NCBI RefSeq assembly: GCF_006345805.1
Contig: NW_021834292.1
Coordinates: 1 to 51,108 of the forward strand
Direction of reading: 5' to 3'
DNA length: 51,108 bases
Source of the DNA: Octopus sinensis
Lineage: Eukaryota
Position numbers and translations under genes: made by a program. Of this stretch, positions 11,174 through 24,672 are shown one piece after another (the first letter of the stretch is position 1; every line of letters begins with the position of its first letter). Below the pieces are notes generated by a model. That model saw only the letters and a list, made by a program, of their open reading frames with translations. It was not told where the DNA came from and did no database searches.

Positions 11174-11570
11174 AAGACAGTGAACTTGGAGAATCGTTGG
11201 ACGAAATGCTTAGTGATATAGCGTTTTGGCTTTCAACGCGCAGACGTCAAATTCTGCTGAGATCAACTTAGCGATTCGTCCTTTCGCACTTTGATAAAAA
11301 AAGTAGCATTGAGGTACTGGAGTCCATGTATTCAATTAGCTCCTCCCTATAAATTTCCCGACTTTGTGCCAAAATAGGAAATTATTTGAAGCGGTAAGGT
11401 GGCAGAATCGCTAGCGTGACGGGAAAATGATTAGTGGCATTTTTCAGGCTCTTTAAATTCTGAGTTCAAATTCCGCCGAGGTCAACTTTACCTTTTATCA
11501 TTTCAAGGATTAGGCTCCATGTATTCGACTTACCCCATCCCTCAAAATCGTTGATCATGTGACAAAATTA
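11174..11570 (+). mobile_element. Two decayed SINE family A copies in the Barhl intron
   Basis: gaaatgcttag...caaattctgctgagatcaac and gtggcagaatcgctagc...ctgagttcaaattccgccgaggtcaac. Confidence 0.7.
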
Positions 11571-11627
11571 AAAAAAAAATTGTATCACTACTTGACTTAC
11601 ATGGCTTTTTTTTGTTTTCTTTTACAG

Positions 11628-11916
11628 AACTAAATGGAAACGGCAGACAGCCGTTGGACTAGAATTGCTCGCAGAGGCTGGTAATTATGCAGCAGTTCAG
11701 AGGATGATCCAAGCTAACCCTTACTGGTCAATTCATTATCCGCAGGCTGCTAGCATCATCTCTAATCTGGATGCTTTATACCTGAGATACAGCGGAACAA
11801 ACAGCATCCAAGGTCAACGACCCATGCTGCCTCGCACTTTAATGACGACAGGTGGTCTACAAACAAATTACGGGCATTTTCCATCACCTCAGGTTTTTTC
11901 TGATCACCGGAGTTAA
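11628..11916 (+). CDS. Barhl: BarH/BARHL homeobox gene, terminal coding exon
   Basis: Polypyrimidine tract and tttacag acceptor end at 11627. CG+A rebuilds Arg53, then the frame reads TKWKRQTAVGLELLAEAGNYAAVQRM..., the Bar-specific post-homeodomain motif. Stop TAA at 11914-11916. Confidence 0.95.
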
Positions 11917-12086
11917 ATTAAGTTAATGAGCAAAACGAAAAGACAAAAAAGGAAAAGAAGACACACAAAGACAGCATATTGACGGACTAATTAATAAGCA
12001 AAGAGACGGAATGATGGCGAACATAGAGAAAAACACTGAAAAACACTGAAAGACACTGAAAGACAAAGGAAGATTTTTTTTTTCTA

Positions 12087-12387
12087 AATAAAAATCTTTG
12101 TAAAGCTTATTACTTAATCATCTTGATTCAGGTTTCAATTCTACATAAGATGCGAACGTCAAAGAAAAAAAATAATTATATATAATATAAATACCAAATC
12201 AAAAAAAACTGAGAAATCAAACTAAAACAGACAATGCCTCAGACTTTCTCTATAATCAGATTCAAACTATATTCGTATGGAATGGCATGCGTAAATACAG
12301 ACGATAACATTAAAGACCATACTAGTAGACAAAGAGCAAAAGAAAAAAAAAAGGAAACTGTATGTTTTGAATCATTAAATCAATAAA
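12087..12387 (+). terminator. Candidate polyadenylation signals of the Barhl 3' UTR
   Basis: AATAAA at 12087-12092 and 12382-12387 in unique AT-rich sequence after the stop and before microsatellites resume. The hexamer is common by chance here. Confidence 0.35.
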
Positions 12388-13496
12388 AGAACGGCAAGAG
12401 AGAAAGAGATGATACATCATCAAGAATTTATAATAATGACTTGGTAACCAAACTTGGACATTTCCTACACGTGCACTAAAATATATTTGTGCATGTGTGC
12501 ATGCATGCATGCAGTCCCATACATGCATGCATGCTTGCAATCGTATATGTATATAGCATATTATAGCAAACATGCCTACATAGATACATACCTGTATATA
12601 TACATACAAACACACACACGAAAGATATGTAAGTATGTATATATATATATATATATATCTATATATATATATATTATATATATATATAATATATATATTA
12701 TATATATATATATATCTATATATATATATATATATGTATATATATACATTCATACATACGTACTTAGACACACAAAGAGCAACATATATATATATATATA
12801 TATATACATATATGTATACTCCACACACATACACGCGTATGTTTCAACACTGACTCACAGCAAGATTGTTGCAAAAAAAATCAAACATATATATATATTA
12901 TATGTATGTGTAAGTGTATGTATGTATATATGTAAATGTATATGATGAATGTATATGGATATCTGTATATGTATGTGTGTATGTATATGTTTAAAACATG
13001 TATGTATTATATATATATATATATATATCTATATATATATATATTATATATATATAATATATATATATATACACATATATATATGTATGTATGTATGTAC
13101 AATATATATGTATATATATAATATATATATATATATATGTATGTGTATGTATATTCAAAGGGAGTTTTCAACGTAAGTACCTACCACCCAAAACTGCAAG
13201 AGATACCATCTGTGTTTCCCTGAAAGAAGATCGCTACCTGCAAGAAACATGGACTCGCAATTGGAGCAGTATTGTGTCTATCAGCACCACAAATACGCAA
13301 ACACACACACACACACACACACACTTAAGCACGCACTTACGCACGCACACACGCATGCATTTACATCTTCATAGTAGTAATGGTTATTTGGGTTCTTTTT
13401 GAATGATATAAACATATATGTATACATATCCATTCATCTATCTATCTATCTATCTCTCTCTCTCTCTCTTCTCTATCTCTCTCTCTCCTCTCTCTC

Positions 13497-13564
<68 letters not shown>

Positions 13565-13565
<1 letters not shown>

Positions 13566-13735
13566 GTCAAGTCGAATAATCGAACATTAAAAATAACGCT
13601 AACAAACAATAAGAGGACATGAAAAAGGAATATATTAGTTTAACGCTCAGTAAAAGAGACAGTTGTTGACGTTCGGGCACGGCTCTTCGTCGGAAAGGAA
13701 AACCGAAAAGTCTAGAGAAGGAAAGAAGAGAACTC
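13565..13735 (-). mobile_element. Penelope-like fragment, sister of 2996-3200
   Basis: Shares tattagtttaacgctc and the ribozyme-like block; abuts (TA)n. Confidence 0.45.
13664..13698 (-). ncRNA. Decayed hammerhead motif, same repeat family as 3084-3121
   Basis: Minus strand reads CCUUU CCGACGA A GAGC CGU GCCC GAA C GUC. The flank shares tattagtttaacgctc with the 2996-3200 element. Confidence 0.45.
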
Positions 13736-14180
13736 ACCATATACACACATGTGTATATATATATATATATATTATATTATATATATATATTATATATATA
13801 TGTGTGTGTGTGTGTATGTGGAGTGTCTGTGTGCATGTGTGTGTGTGCGTATGTGTGTGTGTGTATTCTTCTCTGCCATGAGGTAAGTTGAGATGTGATG
13901 GAGTGAGCGTGAGTATACCTGTATGTATGAACCAAGATGGCTACTTCTTTGCTGGTCATGGATGTATGATTCTCGCTCTCTTTCTCTCTCCTCCCTCTCT
14001 CTCTCTCTGTAAATGCATATGTATTTTAAGTCAACGTCTGTTTCGGTACATCATGCTGGTTGCATAAGGTCTGCTTTATTTATTCATTTATTTATTTATT
14101 TTTATTTATCATTTTAATTATTATTATCATCATCATCATCATCATCGTCATCATCACATTTATTATTATTATTATTATTA

Positions 14181-14216
<36 letters not shown>

Positions 14217-14553
14217 CATTATAACTTTTTAGATTGTACAGCAAGGGGATAAACGCGTAAGAACCTAAGAGAATCTTGAAAACCATAGCTGTGTTACCAG
14301 GACACACTCTCTCGCACACAGTTCACCATCCGTACCTCGTCCAGTTTTCTGTCTTACTGTTATATACACGTTCATGTAAACGCATGCGCACACGTGCACA
14401 CGCACGCGCACACACACCTTGATATACCCAGATAGTTATTTATAAGGACACAAAATTTTAGCGATAGCCTAATAAATAGGCCCTAGAATGCCGACTAATA
14501 GTCTGGAACACGATGTGTTAGACTCATCAGAACACACGGGCACGTAACAACAT

Positions 14554-14632
<79 letters not shown>

Positions 14633-14664
14633 TGATGATGATGATGTTGATTCAGATACAAGGT

Positions 14665-14850
14665 CAATAATTTAAAGAGAGGGCCGTTAGTCAAATTGAT
14701 TTCGATATTGAGTACAACTGTATTTCATCGACACTCAGGAGGATGAAAGACGAGCTTGTACTCGGCCGGATTTGAGCTCAGAACTCAAAGAGATGGAACA
14801 AATAACACAATGTAAATTTTTTTCCGACGGTTTAACAGTTCTGCCAATTC
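14665..14850 (-). mobile_element. Decayed SINE family A
   Basis: Plus strand ggatgaaagacgagcttgtactcggccggatttgagctcagaac is the reverse complement of the family body and B box. Confidence 0.65.
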
Positions 14851-14883
14851 ATTGCCCAAATAATAACAACAACAACAACAACG

Positions 14884-14954
<71 letters not shown>

Positions 14955-15204
14955 AAGAAGAATTCCTTTTATAATCATTACAATAAGGACATTGTAGAAA
15001 TTGCACATAATAAACAATAGTAAAATAATTAGGAGCGACTAAATCGCTTTATTTGTAAATATATGATAAAAATAATTTGATTTTTATAAAATTACAAACA
15101 AAATAATAAATAAATAAAAGCAAAGAAAATATACAAACAAAACAACAAATGAACCAAATAAGCATATATCTAAAATGAAAAAAAAACAAAATAAATACTG
15201 CATA

Positions 15205-15685
<481 letters not shown>

Positions 15686-16166
15686 TAATAATCTGAGACT
15701 CAAAATGATGGTAATCATCATTATAGCAATGATGGTGTTATTTAGCATTAATCGTAATGATAAAGTATCGGATCGATTTCTATATTTGCCAGGAGGGCAA
15801 GAAATAAAACTTTATAGAAGATATTTAAATACACTGGTGAACACAAACACATTTATGGATGGACATAAAAATCATCAATTCCAAAGAGACCATAAAGTAC
15901 AGCAACAACCATAACAACAACAACAACAGCAATAATTGCGAAGATGACGATAAAGAGATGACAAAAACAACGGTAAAATCGTTTTAAATATTTAACAAAC
16001 GATTGCAAATCGAATGTTAATTTTCGATTCAATTAACTAAGAGACGAAGCAAACCATTCGGAACTAGGTTCATTGTAATTGAGCCGGAAGTAGGCCCTCA
16101 GACGAGACAGATGAAATAAACAGAACGGGAAGAGAACGAGAAAGAGATGGAGAGACTGAGACTGAG

Positions 16167-16201
<35 letters not shown>

Positions 16202-16376
16202 TACTGTATGACTGAGGAAGATGTGGTGGAGACTATGATTAGCAATAAAGAGAGGAATTAAACACATCGTAAGCACACACACACACACACACACATATAA
16301 TATATATATACACGATATATATATTGTTAATATATATGTATGTATATACATATGTATGTACATATACATGTATATG

Positions 16377-16456
<80 letters not shown>

Positions 16457-16901
16457 GTATCTATCTATACACCACACAAACAAACAAGTATCTATCCGAG
16501 CTGGAAGAAATGAATGAGTCGTTACTGAGAGGTACAATCTTACGTGCGATAGCAAAGAGTTAAGAAAAATGAAGATGGAAGACTGATTCATTCTAGACCT
16601 CAGCCTCTACTGGTCAGTCAGAGATCAGGTGGTAAGATTCAGATGGGTTTTGAATCGGTTTAAGTGCCACGGGCTACTGAAATGCAATATTTGCCTACTT
16701 CACTTTCTCTCAAATTACTCTCAGATGATGTATACTCTATCACATTGGGTTAAAAATCCGAGCAGCGAATGAAGGTAGCAAAAACTGATATACATACATG
16801 CCTACATGCTACATACATACATACATACATATATTATATATTATATATATCTATATAATATATATAGATATATATATATATATATATATGTATGTATTAT
16901 G

Positions 16902-16932
<31 letters not shown>

Positions 16933-18580
16933 ATACATATATACCCACACATATATATATATACATACATACTACATACATATATGTATATATACATACA
17001 CTCAAACACACACACACACAAACGCACACATATGCATATGTATGTTTGTATATATATCTGTGTGTGTGTGTGTGTGTGTGTACGTATGTATGCATGTATA
17101 TGTGTGTTTGTGTGCGTTTTAAGTGCGTACACTTCCGTCGGTGAAAGATCCTTTCAATATCGTAGCTTTAACACACATTAACCCTCTGAAATAATTTCAC
17201 GTATTGCCTGGCGGAAAGTGAAGAGCACCCCTCCCCCCACTTGCGAAAATGCATACAAAAAAACACGCCTAGATACAAACATAAACATACACATTTCCAT
17301 ACACACAAATATCTGAGTGTGTATATGTATATATATATATATATACATTCGTAGGTATGTATGCATTCTTAGAGCTAAACACACACATACTTATATATAT
17401 ACTTATATACACACATATATATATAATGGTATCTGTGTATGTAAAAGTATTCCATGTGTGTGTGTGTGTTTGTATATATATATATATGTGTGTGTGTGTA
17501 TACATATATATACACGCGCATATACGTATATACACATGTGCATATGTGTGTGAGCATGTATGTATATATGCTTGTATATGAGTAATACCCTCGCTGTGGA
17601 TCTTATATTTGAATAATGCTACGTTTCTTTGGAAAAATGCCCTTTGTCGATCATTATACTTCAAACCTTCCGTAATGCTAAGAGAGACTCACAAAGAACT
17701 TTCAGCTAGAATATCAAAAATACTTTGCGAAAATGCGTCGCATACAGCCATAACGAACTGAATATGTCTGTATATATATGTATGCGTTTGTATACACGGG
17801 TGTATATATAAGTATGAATGGGTGTATGTATATACAAAATATATACGTATATGTGAACAGCGAGTGTTGAATTTTAATGGTTTTCTTTCTTTCATAACTT
17901 TTGTTTTACTATTCGTCTTCTAACTAAAAGCCTTTTAAGTCATGTGTTTACTGGTGTATTTGTATACACACGCATGCACACACAGATGATTGTATATATG
18001 TATGTATATACAAACATACATACTTACACACACACATATATATATATCTTACATACAAACATATATACTTGCATACTCGGAAAACCAATGGAGATACGTG
18101 AGAGGCCAGGATCGAATTCCATTGCGCTGCTCCAAAACGAACACACTCATATATATACACGTCTACACGTACAGGCATACCCACATGTATATATTTACAC
18201 ACAGATGCACGCACATACTTACACACGCAAATTTCTACCCCTCCCACCACACACATGTACTTGTATGTATGTAGGTATGTGTGTATGCATCTTTTCCACT
18301 TTATTATTTATATATATATAATACAATGTCATGACGTATGAAGAAAGTTTATAAATAATACAACAGTATTTCTCAGAGTAACTCTATTTCTAACCAAAGT
18401 AAAAAAATCCCAAATATAAAGTAAATTCGTAGATAATTGAAATTTTACACTACTACAATCTACTGTCATTCTGTTATATTTTAAAACTTCCAGTGCTTAC
18501 GTTGACATCCCACCTCAATGCATATATACTATATCAATACATACATACATACATACATACATAAATACATACATACATAT

Positions 18581-18636
<56 letters not shown>

Positions 18637-19523
18637 TGAAATACTACAGGGAAAGCGAAAAGGTGAAGCAACGTACTGAAATACGTACATAATATATAGT
18701 TTACATCTACTCCGGACACGATACACTGTTTCTAGTAGTCAGGTGTTCATAGAAACCTATGATCATTTGATGCTTCATCAGGGGAACAGCAAAGAGAGGC
18801 GTATGAGAATGTTACTGTTTTTATATACTATAGTGTAGAAACCAGTGACGTTATGGAAACAGCCGAAACATCAAGAAAAGAAATACGCTCCGTTTGCTTT
18901 GTAAAAAAAGACTTTACATGAATGCTCTAATCACGGAAAATATAATTAAAAATGGAATTCGAAAATTAAAATAATTTTACCAAAAGAGACGTTGTTGTAA
19001 ACGAAGGAATGAATACCTTGCAATTGTAGCGAAATTATTTATTTTATGGAAAGCGTTTAACAGAGCGCTCAATTAAATAGAAACTTATGTTTAGAGCAAT
19101 AAAATCGAGAAACATTGCACGGGAAAAAATAAAGCTACAAATTGAAACGAATTCATATATTCTCTATCTTTATACCATCTCCAATATTGTCAAAATTCTA
19201 GCAGTCGGATATTTACAACAATATATGGGTACCTGATTATTTGTCAGTAGCACAAGTGACTGCTAGAAGCACGATTTTATCCACACAAGATACAGAATAT
19301 ATTGTGTATATTTTAATGGATAGCTTGAATTTATTTTCGAATGTTTCTTCATTTTGATTGCATTTATACAGTATTATATATCATTACTCTAAACTTGATT
19401 TAACTTTTCGTATTTTAATTTTATTCAGTTAACACGTCATTGTTTTATACCGTAGAAATATTTCGGATCTAAATGCGAGGTACTCATTCTTGCAATCCGT
19501 GTGTGTGTGTGTATGTGTGTGTG

Positions 19524-19590
<67 letters not shown>

Positions 19591-19850
19591 ATATATATGT
19601 ATATATATATATATATATGCATACACATACATACACACGCACCCACACACAGATGTGCGCACATACACACACACACACATACACTCATATATATATATTT
19701 GAACTGAAATGAAATATTGTGTTGATGACTTCAGATTCGATTGTACTTATTCGTTTTAGTAAAAAACATAAATTACTACTTGCCCAAGCAACACGTATAC
19801 AATTTCATATATATATATATATATATATGTATATATGTGTATATATATAC

Positions 19851-19885
<35 letters not shown>

Positions 19886-20018
19886 CATACATACATATGT
19901 TTATAGATACATCTATATACATATATAAATTATCCTTTACCAAAGAAATATAATAAAACACAAGATGTTCATGTCTGTTGATTCCAAAAATTCAAATTCT
20001 CTTTGCATCGAGTATATG

Positions 20019-20095
<77 letters not shown>

Positions 20096-20217
20096 ATATA
20101 TATGTATATATATATGTCAGTTTTTGTATATGTATACATACACAGATACATACATATATATATACATACACATATGTACATATATACATATACATTATAT
20201 TTATATATATGTATGTA

Positions 20218-20271
<54 letters not shown>

Positions 20272-20843
20272 TATATATATACATACCATTTATATGTATC
20301 AATATATACACATACATACATACATACAAATGAAAAAAACAATATATATATATTATTAATTTTTTGTCCTTTATTTATTTTTTTCCTGCTCTCTTTCCCT
20401 AGCTCCTTCGCTCCTCTCTTTTATTTATCATTTAATAAAAAATCCTTCCCCCCACTCCACATCCATTCTAAATCTGGATTTCAACTTGTCAAGGCCTCGC
20501 TTTTCATCATTTGAAACTGTGCGATTGTATTAAAGATAAACTATACACAAACCTGATTAGTTTGTATTAAAAGGCTTTATGTACGTCACCTTTATAAAGG
20601 TCCAAACACTTGTGTTGTTGTCGTTTCTTTATTTATTTTATTTTTATTCTGCTCTTGTGTCATGATTGCTCGTTTTCTTTTTCCTCCGTTTACAGCTGCC
20701 ATACAAATTCATTTGTAAATTTGTAACTTTGGTACAATCCCCCGTCAATTAATTAGGTTATGTCATGCATCGCTTGGGAGATCTGATTAGATTTACATAC
20801 ATACATATGTATATATTCATACGTACATACATACATGCATGCA

Positions 20844-20891
<48 letters not shown>

Positions 20892-21188
20892 AACACGTAC
20901 TTATGCAAACATATATATATATGCACATATATATAAATATATATATATGTGTGTGTGTTTGTGTGTGTGGGTGGTGTGTGTTGTGTATGTATATGAATAT
21001 ATAACAACCGTGTGTGTATGTAAACAAACTTACATTTGTTTTTTGAGCTGTCAAATGTGTAGCGTATGATACAGACAAGAAAGTGATATTTCGAACGCAA
21101 TGTCGACGTTAAAATAGCAGAAGAATGGTTATTATTACCCTTACAAGTCGGAAAAGTTAGATATGTATGTGTAAATATGTATATATAA

Positions 21189-21261
<73 letters not shown>

Positions 21262-21305
21262 GTGTGTGTGTATGTATGTATGTATATATATATATATATA
21301 TATAT

Positions 21306-21385
21306 CAAGGGGAAAGTTTACGAAAATAACAAAAGACGAAGGCAGGTGGAGTACAAACAAACAAATGTATTAGTATAGCACTCAG

Positions 21386-21388
<3 letters not shown>
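21306..21388 (-). mobile_element. Short fragment of the same Penelope-like family, between (TA)n tracts
   Basis: aacaaaagacgaaggcaggt...tgtattagtatagcactcaggaa aligns by eye with about 3015-3073 and stops before the ribozyme block. Confidence 0.4.
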
Positions 21389-21429
<41 letters not shown>

Positions 21430-21702
21430 CACATACATATATATGTATATATATATGTACGTGTGTATGTGTGTGTGTATTTATATATAAGTGGAGCACA
21501 ACCGCGGATTTACAATACAGAATGGTGAAAAATATAACATCGGACTCTGCCACAAGAATATGCAGAATTCTTTACTAATCTAAACAGTATTGTTAGGGTG
21601 GCGTACTATCAGAGAGCTTATAAACTTGCCGCCTTAATAATAATAACAATAACAAAAACAACAGCAACAATAATAATAATATCAATAATAATAATAATAA
21701 TA

Positions 21703-21749
<47 letters not shown>

Positions 21750-21969
21750 TGATGATTATGATGATGATGATTTTATTTATTTGTCACAAAGGCAAAGGAT
21801 GAGTGGGACAACAACAACAACAATAATATTAATAGTAATAATTTCTTTATTGGCAACAAGGGCCGAATACGAAGAAATAGGGACGATAGAATATAAGGGA
21901 CAAGTGAGGGAGTTGATCAATGCTGTGTATACAACATATAACAGAAACAATTAACAGAAGAAACAATGA

Positions 21970-22258
21970 TAATAATTCCCCAAAAGCGAAAAGCTCTTCA
22001 CTGGGACAAGCAAAGGACCACCAGATACACCTCTCTCCTTCTGAACACCTCCGGTTTACCAAAGATAATTCAGAGTAGTCCATTCACACGGGTCATCCTC
22101 GCTGCATTCTCCCACCATTCAATAGATTTACTGGTGGGGCAGAACTTCCTTCTTACTTTTTTTTTCAAGTAGATCTTCAAAAAGTCGATGAGGGTTTGGA
22201 CGAAGAGGAAAGTATCTGTCTTCAGCCTTTTTTAATTTCGTCCACCACACTACCCCCT
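21970..22258 (-). mobile_element. Probable L1/Tx1-clade LINE 3' fragment (frameshifted)
   Basis: Minus-strand pieces VVWWTKL / RLKTDTFLFVQTLIDFLKIYLKKKVR / WWENAARMTRV resemble Tx1-type ORF2 C-termini. Recalled pattern only. Confidence 0.4.
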
Positions 22259-22304
<46 letters not shown>

Positions 22305-22400
22305 TAATAATAATAATAATAAAATATAATAATAAAATAATAATAATAATATATAATTATAATAATAATAATAATTAATAATAATAATAATAATAATAAC

Positions 22401-22815
22401 CTACCAAAAACTGAGCAAATATAAAGATCTTGAAATAGAAATCAGCAAAATGTGGAACCTGAAGACTAAAACAATACCTGTTGTCATAGGTGCCCTGGGA
22501 ATGATAGCAAAAGGGGCTGATTGATACCTAACTCAGATACCAGGATACCCCAAAATGGCAGAAATTCAAAAGATAGTGCTCATGGGAACTGCTCATATCC
22601 TACGCAAAATACTTTCTATATAATCTCAAGTTTTAAAACAAACATAATTTTCGTATGTTTCTTTTAGACATTCACCAGTACAACACTAAGTACAAAACCA
22701 AATATATGGCACCCTAGGCATAAGACCAACACGAACTTCAAAATTGATGTTTCTTGAGGTTTCTGGGTGAGACCTGGAGCCAGCTTGTGCAAATGTAAAG
22801 CAAAAGTCAAACATA

Positions 22816-22817
<2 letters not shown>
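22401..22817 (+). mobile_element. Dong/R4-clade LINE, 5'-truncated 3' end
   Basis: KLSKYKDLEIEISKMWNLKTKTIPVVIGALGMI..GAD*YLTQIPG...EIQKIVLMGTAHILRKILSI* is the end of a restriction-like endonuclease domain, followed by a 3' UTR. (AAT)n on both sides. Confidence 0.85.
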
Positions 22818-22872
<55 letters not shown>

Positions 22873-22875
22873 GAA

Positions 22876-22906
<31 letters not shown>

Positions 22907-22980
22907 AAGAAGAAGAAGAAGAAGAAGAAGAAGAAGAAGAAGAAGAAGAAGAAGAAGAAGAAGAAGAAGAAGAAGAAGAA
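22818..22980. repeat. (AAT)n switching to (AAG)n
   Basis: Direct inspection. The same switch occurs at about 14885-14960. Confidence 0.9.
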
Positions 22981-23104
22981 TTTCAACTATTTGACACCAA
23001 GGCGAAGACTGAATGGGATGATGCAAAGACCGACATAAAGTGTGGGTGTTTATATATAATGAAATGATAAAAGGATTATTTAAAGAAGTAAGTACACACA
23101 GTAT

Positions 23105-23395
23105 ACGATGAAAAGGAAGGGGACATGTTTGAAGGAAGGAACTGCTTCGCTAGAGAGCAGCTACAGAAACAAACAAGTTGAGAAGCGTCAGTGGTGAAAA
23201 GAAGACAACAGAAATGCAGAGCGCCAAACCAGTCTCTTGATATGCAAGTACTGTGACAGAAGCTGCGCTTCAATCATAGGAAGAATCAGCCGTGAAAGAA
23301 GCTGCAACAAATGGAGCCCCTGATATGTTCGATTAAGTGACCTCTAAGCTAAATTGACCGTCTGCATAGACGAAGGGGGTCAATTATGATCCATA
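23105..23395 (+). mobile_element. RTE-clade LINE 3' end
   Basis: CLKEGTASLE...EKRQW*...LICKYCDRSCASIIGRISRERSC is a decayed C-terminal zinc-finger-like motif. A hairpin aattgacc..gtct gcat agac..ggtcaatt follows before the repeat tail. Confidence 0.6.
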
Positions 23396-23464
23396 GTATA
23401 CAAAAGTTAAATAACAACAACAACGACAACAATAATGATGATGATTATAATAATAATAATAATG

Positions 23465-23545
<81 letters not shown>

Positions 23546-23546
23546 C

Positions 23547-23600
<54 letters not shown>

Positions 23601-23614
23601 TGATGATGATGATG

Positions 23615-24218
23615 ATTTCAAATTGATGGGTTATGTCGATTACATCGACCCCAGTGTTTAGCTGGTACTTGTTTTATCGACACCAATAGGATGAAAATTA
23701 AAGTTGACACAAGCGGCATCTGAACTCAGAACGTAATGGCAAATGATATGTCGCTTAGCATTTTTCTCCGGAAGTGCTAAAAATAATAATGCCAGCTCGA
23801 ATAATAATGGTCTCGAATTTTTGACACAAGGTCAGCAATATCAAGATACTTCTTTCGTCGACCCCGAATTGATGAAGGGCAAAGGCGACCTCGATGAAAT
23901 TTGAACTTAGAACGTAAAGACGGACGAAATGGCGCTTAGTATTTTGCCCAGTATGCTAACGATTCAGCCAAAACAACAACAACAACGACGACAACAACAA
24001 CTATCATTTGTACTTGAGGCACAAGGTCTGAAATTTGTGGGGAGGGGACTAGTCGATTGAATCGACCCCATTGTTTCACTGGTACTTAATTTATCGACTC
24101 CGAAACGATGAAAGGCAAAGTCAACCTCGGTGGAATTTGAACCCAGAACGTAGCGACGGGCGAAATACTGCTAAGCATTTTGTCCACCGTGCTAGCGATT
24201 CTGCCAGCCCGCCGCCTT
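23615..24218 (-). mobile_element. Three SINE family A copies in a row
   Basis: gaactcagaacgta / gaacttagaacgta / gaacccagaacgta B-box reverse complements near 23725, 23905 and 24140. The copy at 24015-24218 has a full head. Confidence 0.75.
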
Positions 24219-24231
24219 ACATAAAAATAAA

Positions 24232-24298
<67 letters not shown>

Positions 24299-24351
24299 GA
24301 GTAATAATAATAATAATAATAATAGTAATAGTAATAATAATGATAATGATA

Positions 24352-24385
<34 letters not shown>

Positions 24386-24398
24386 TATAATAATAATA

Positions 24399-24454
<56 letters not shown>

Positions 24455-24486
24455 CATAATAATTAAGATAATGACTGATAATAATG

Positions 24487-24527
<41 letters not shown>

Positions 24528-24540
24528 TATGATGATGATG

Positions 24541-24609
<69 letters not shown>

Positions 24610-24618
24610 TTAATAATG

Positions 24619-24670
<52 letters not shown>

Positions 24671-24672
<2 letters not shown>

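Noticed and set aside
12028-12065. CRISPR-like or regulatory repeat (a(a/g)acactgaa x3) in the 3' UTR
   Set aside because: Contiguous 10-bp slippage repeat with no spacers, in a eukaryotic context.
14500-14530. CUGAUGA followed by a good stem II on the minus strand
   Set aside because: GAAA does not follow the stem (TATT instead), so there is no hammerhead core.
18718-18787. CUGAUGA ... GAAACAGUGUA on the minus strand
   Set aside because: Stem II lacks the closing G-C pair and stem I does not form. Chance or heavily decayed.
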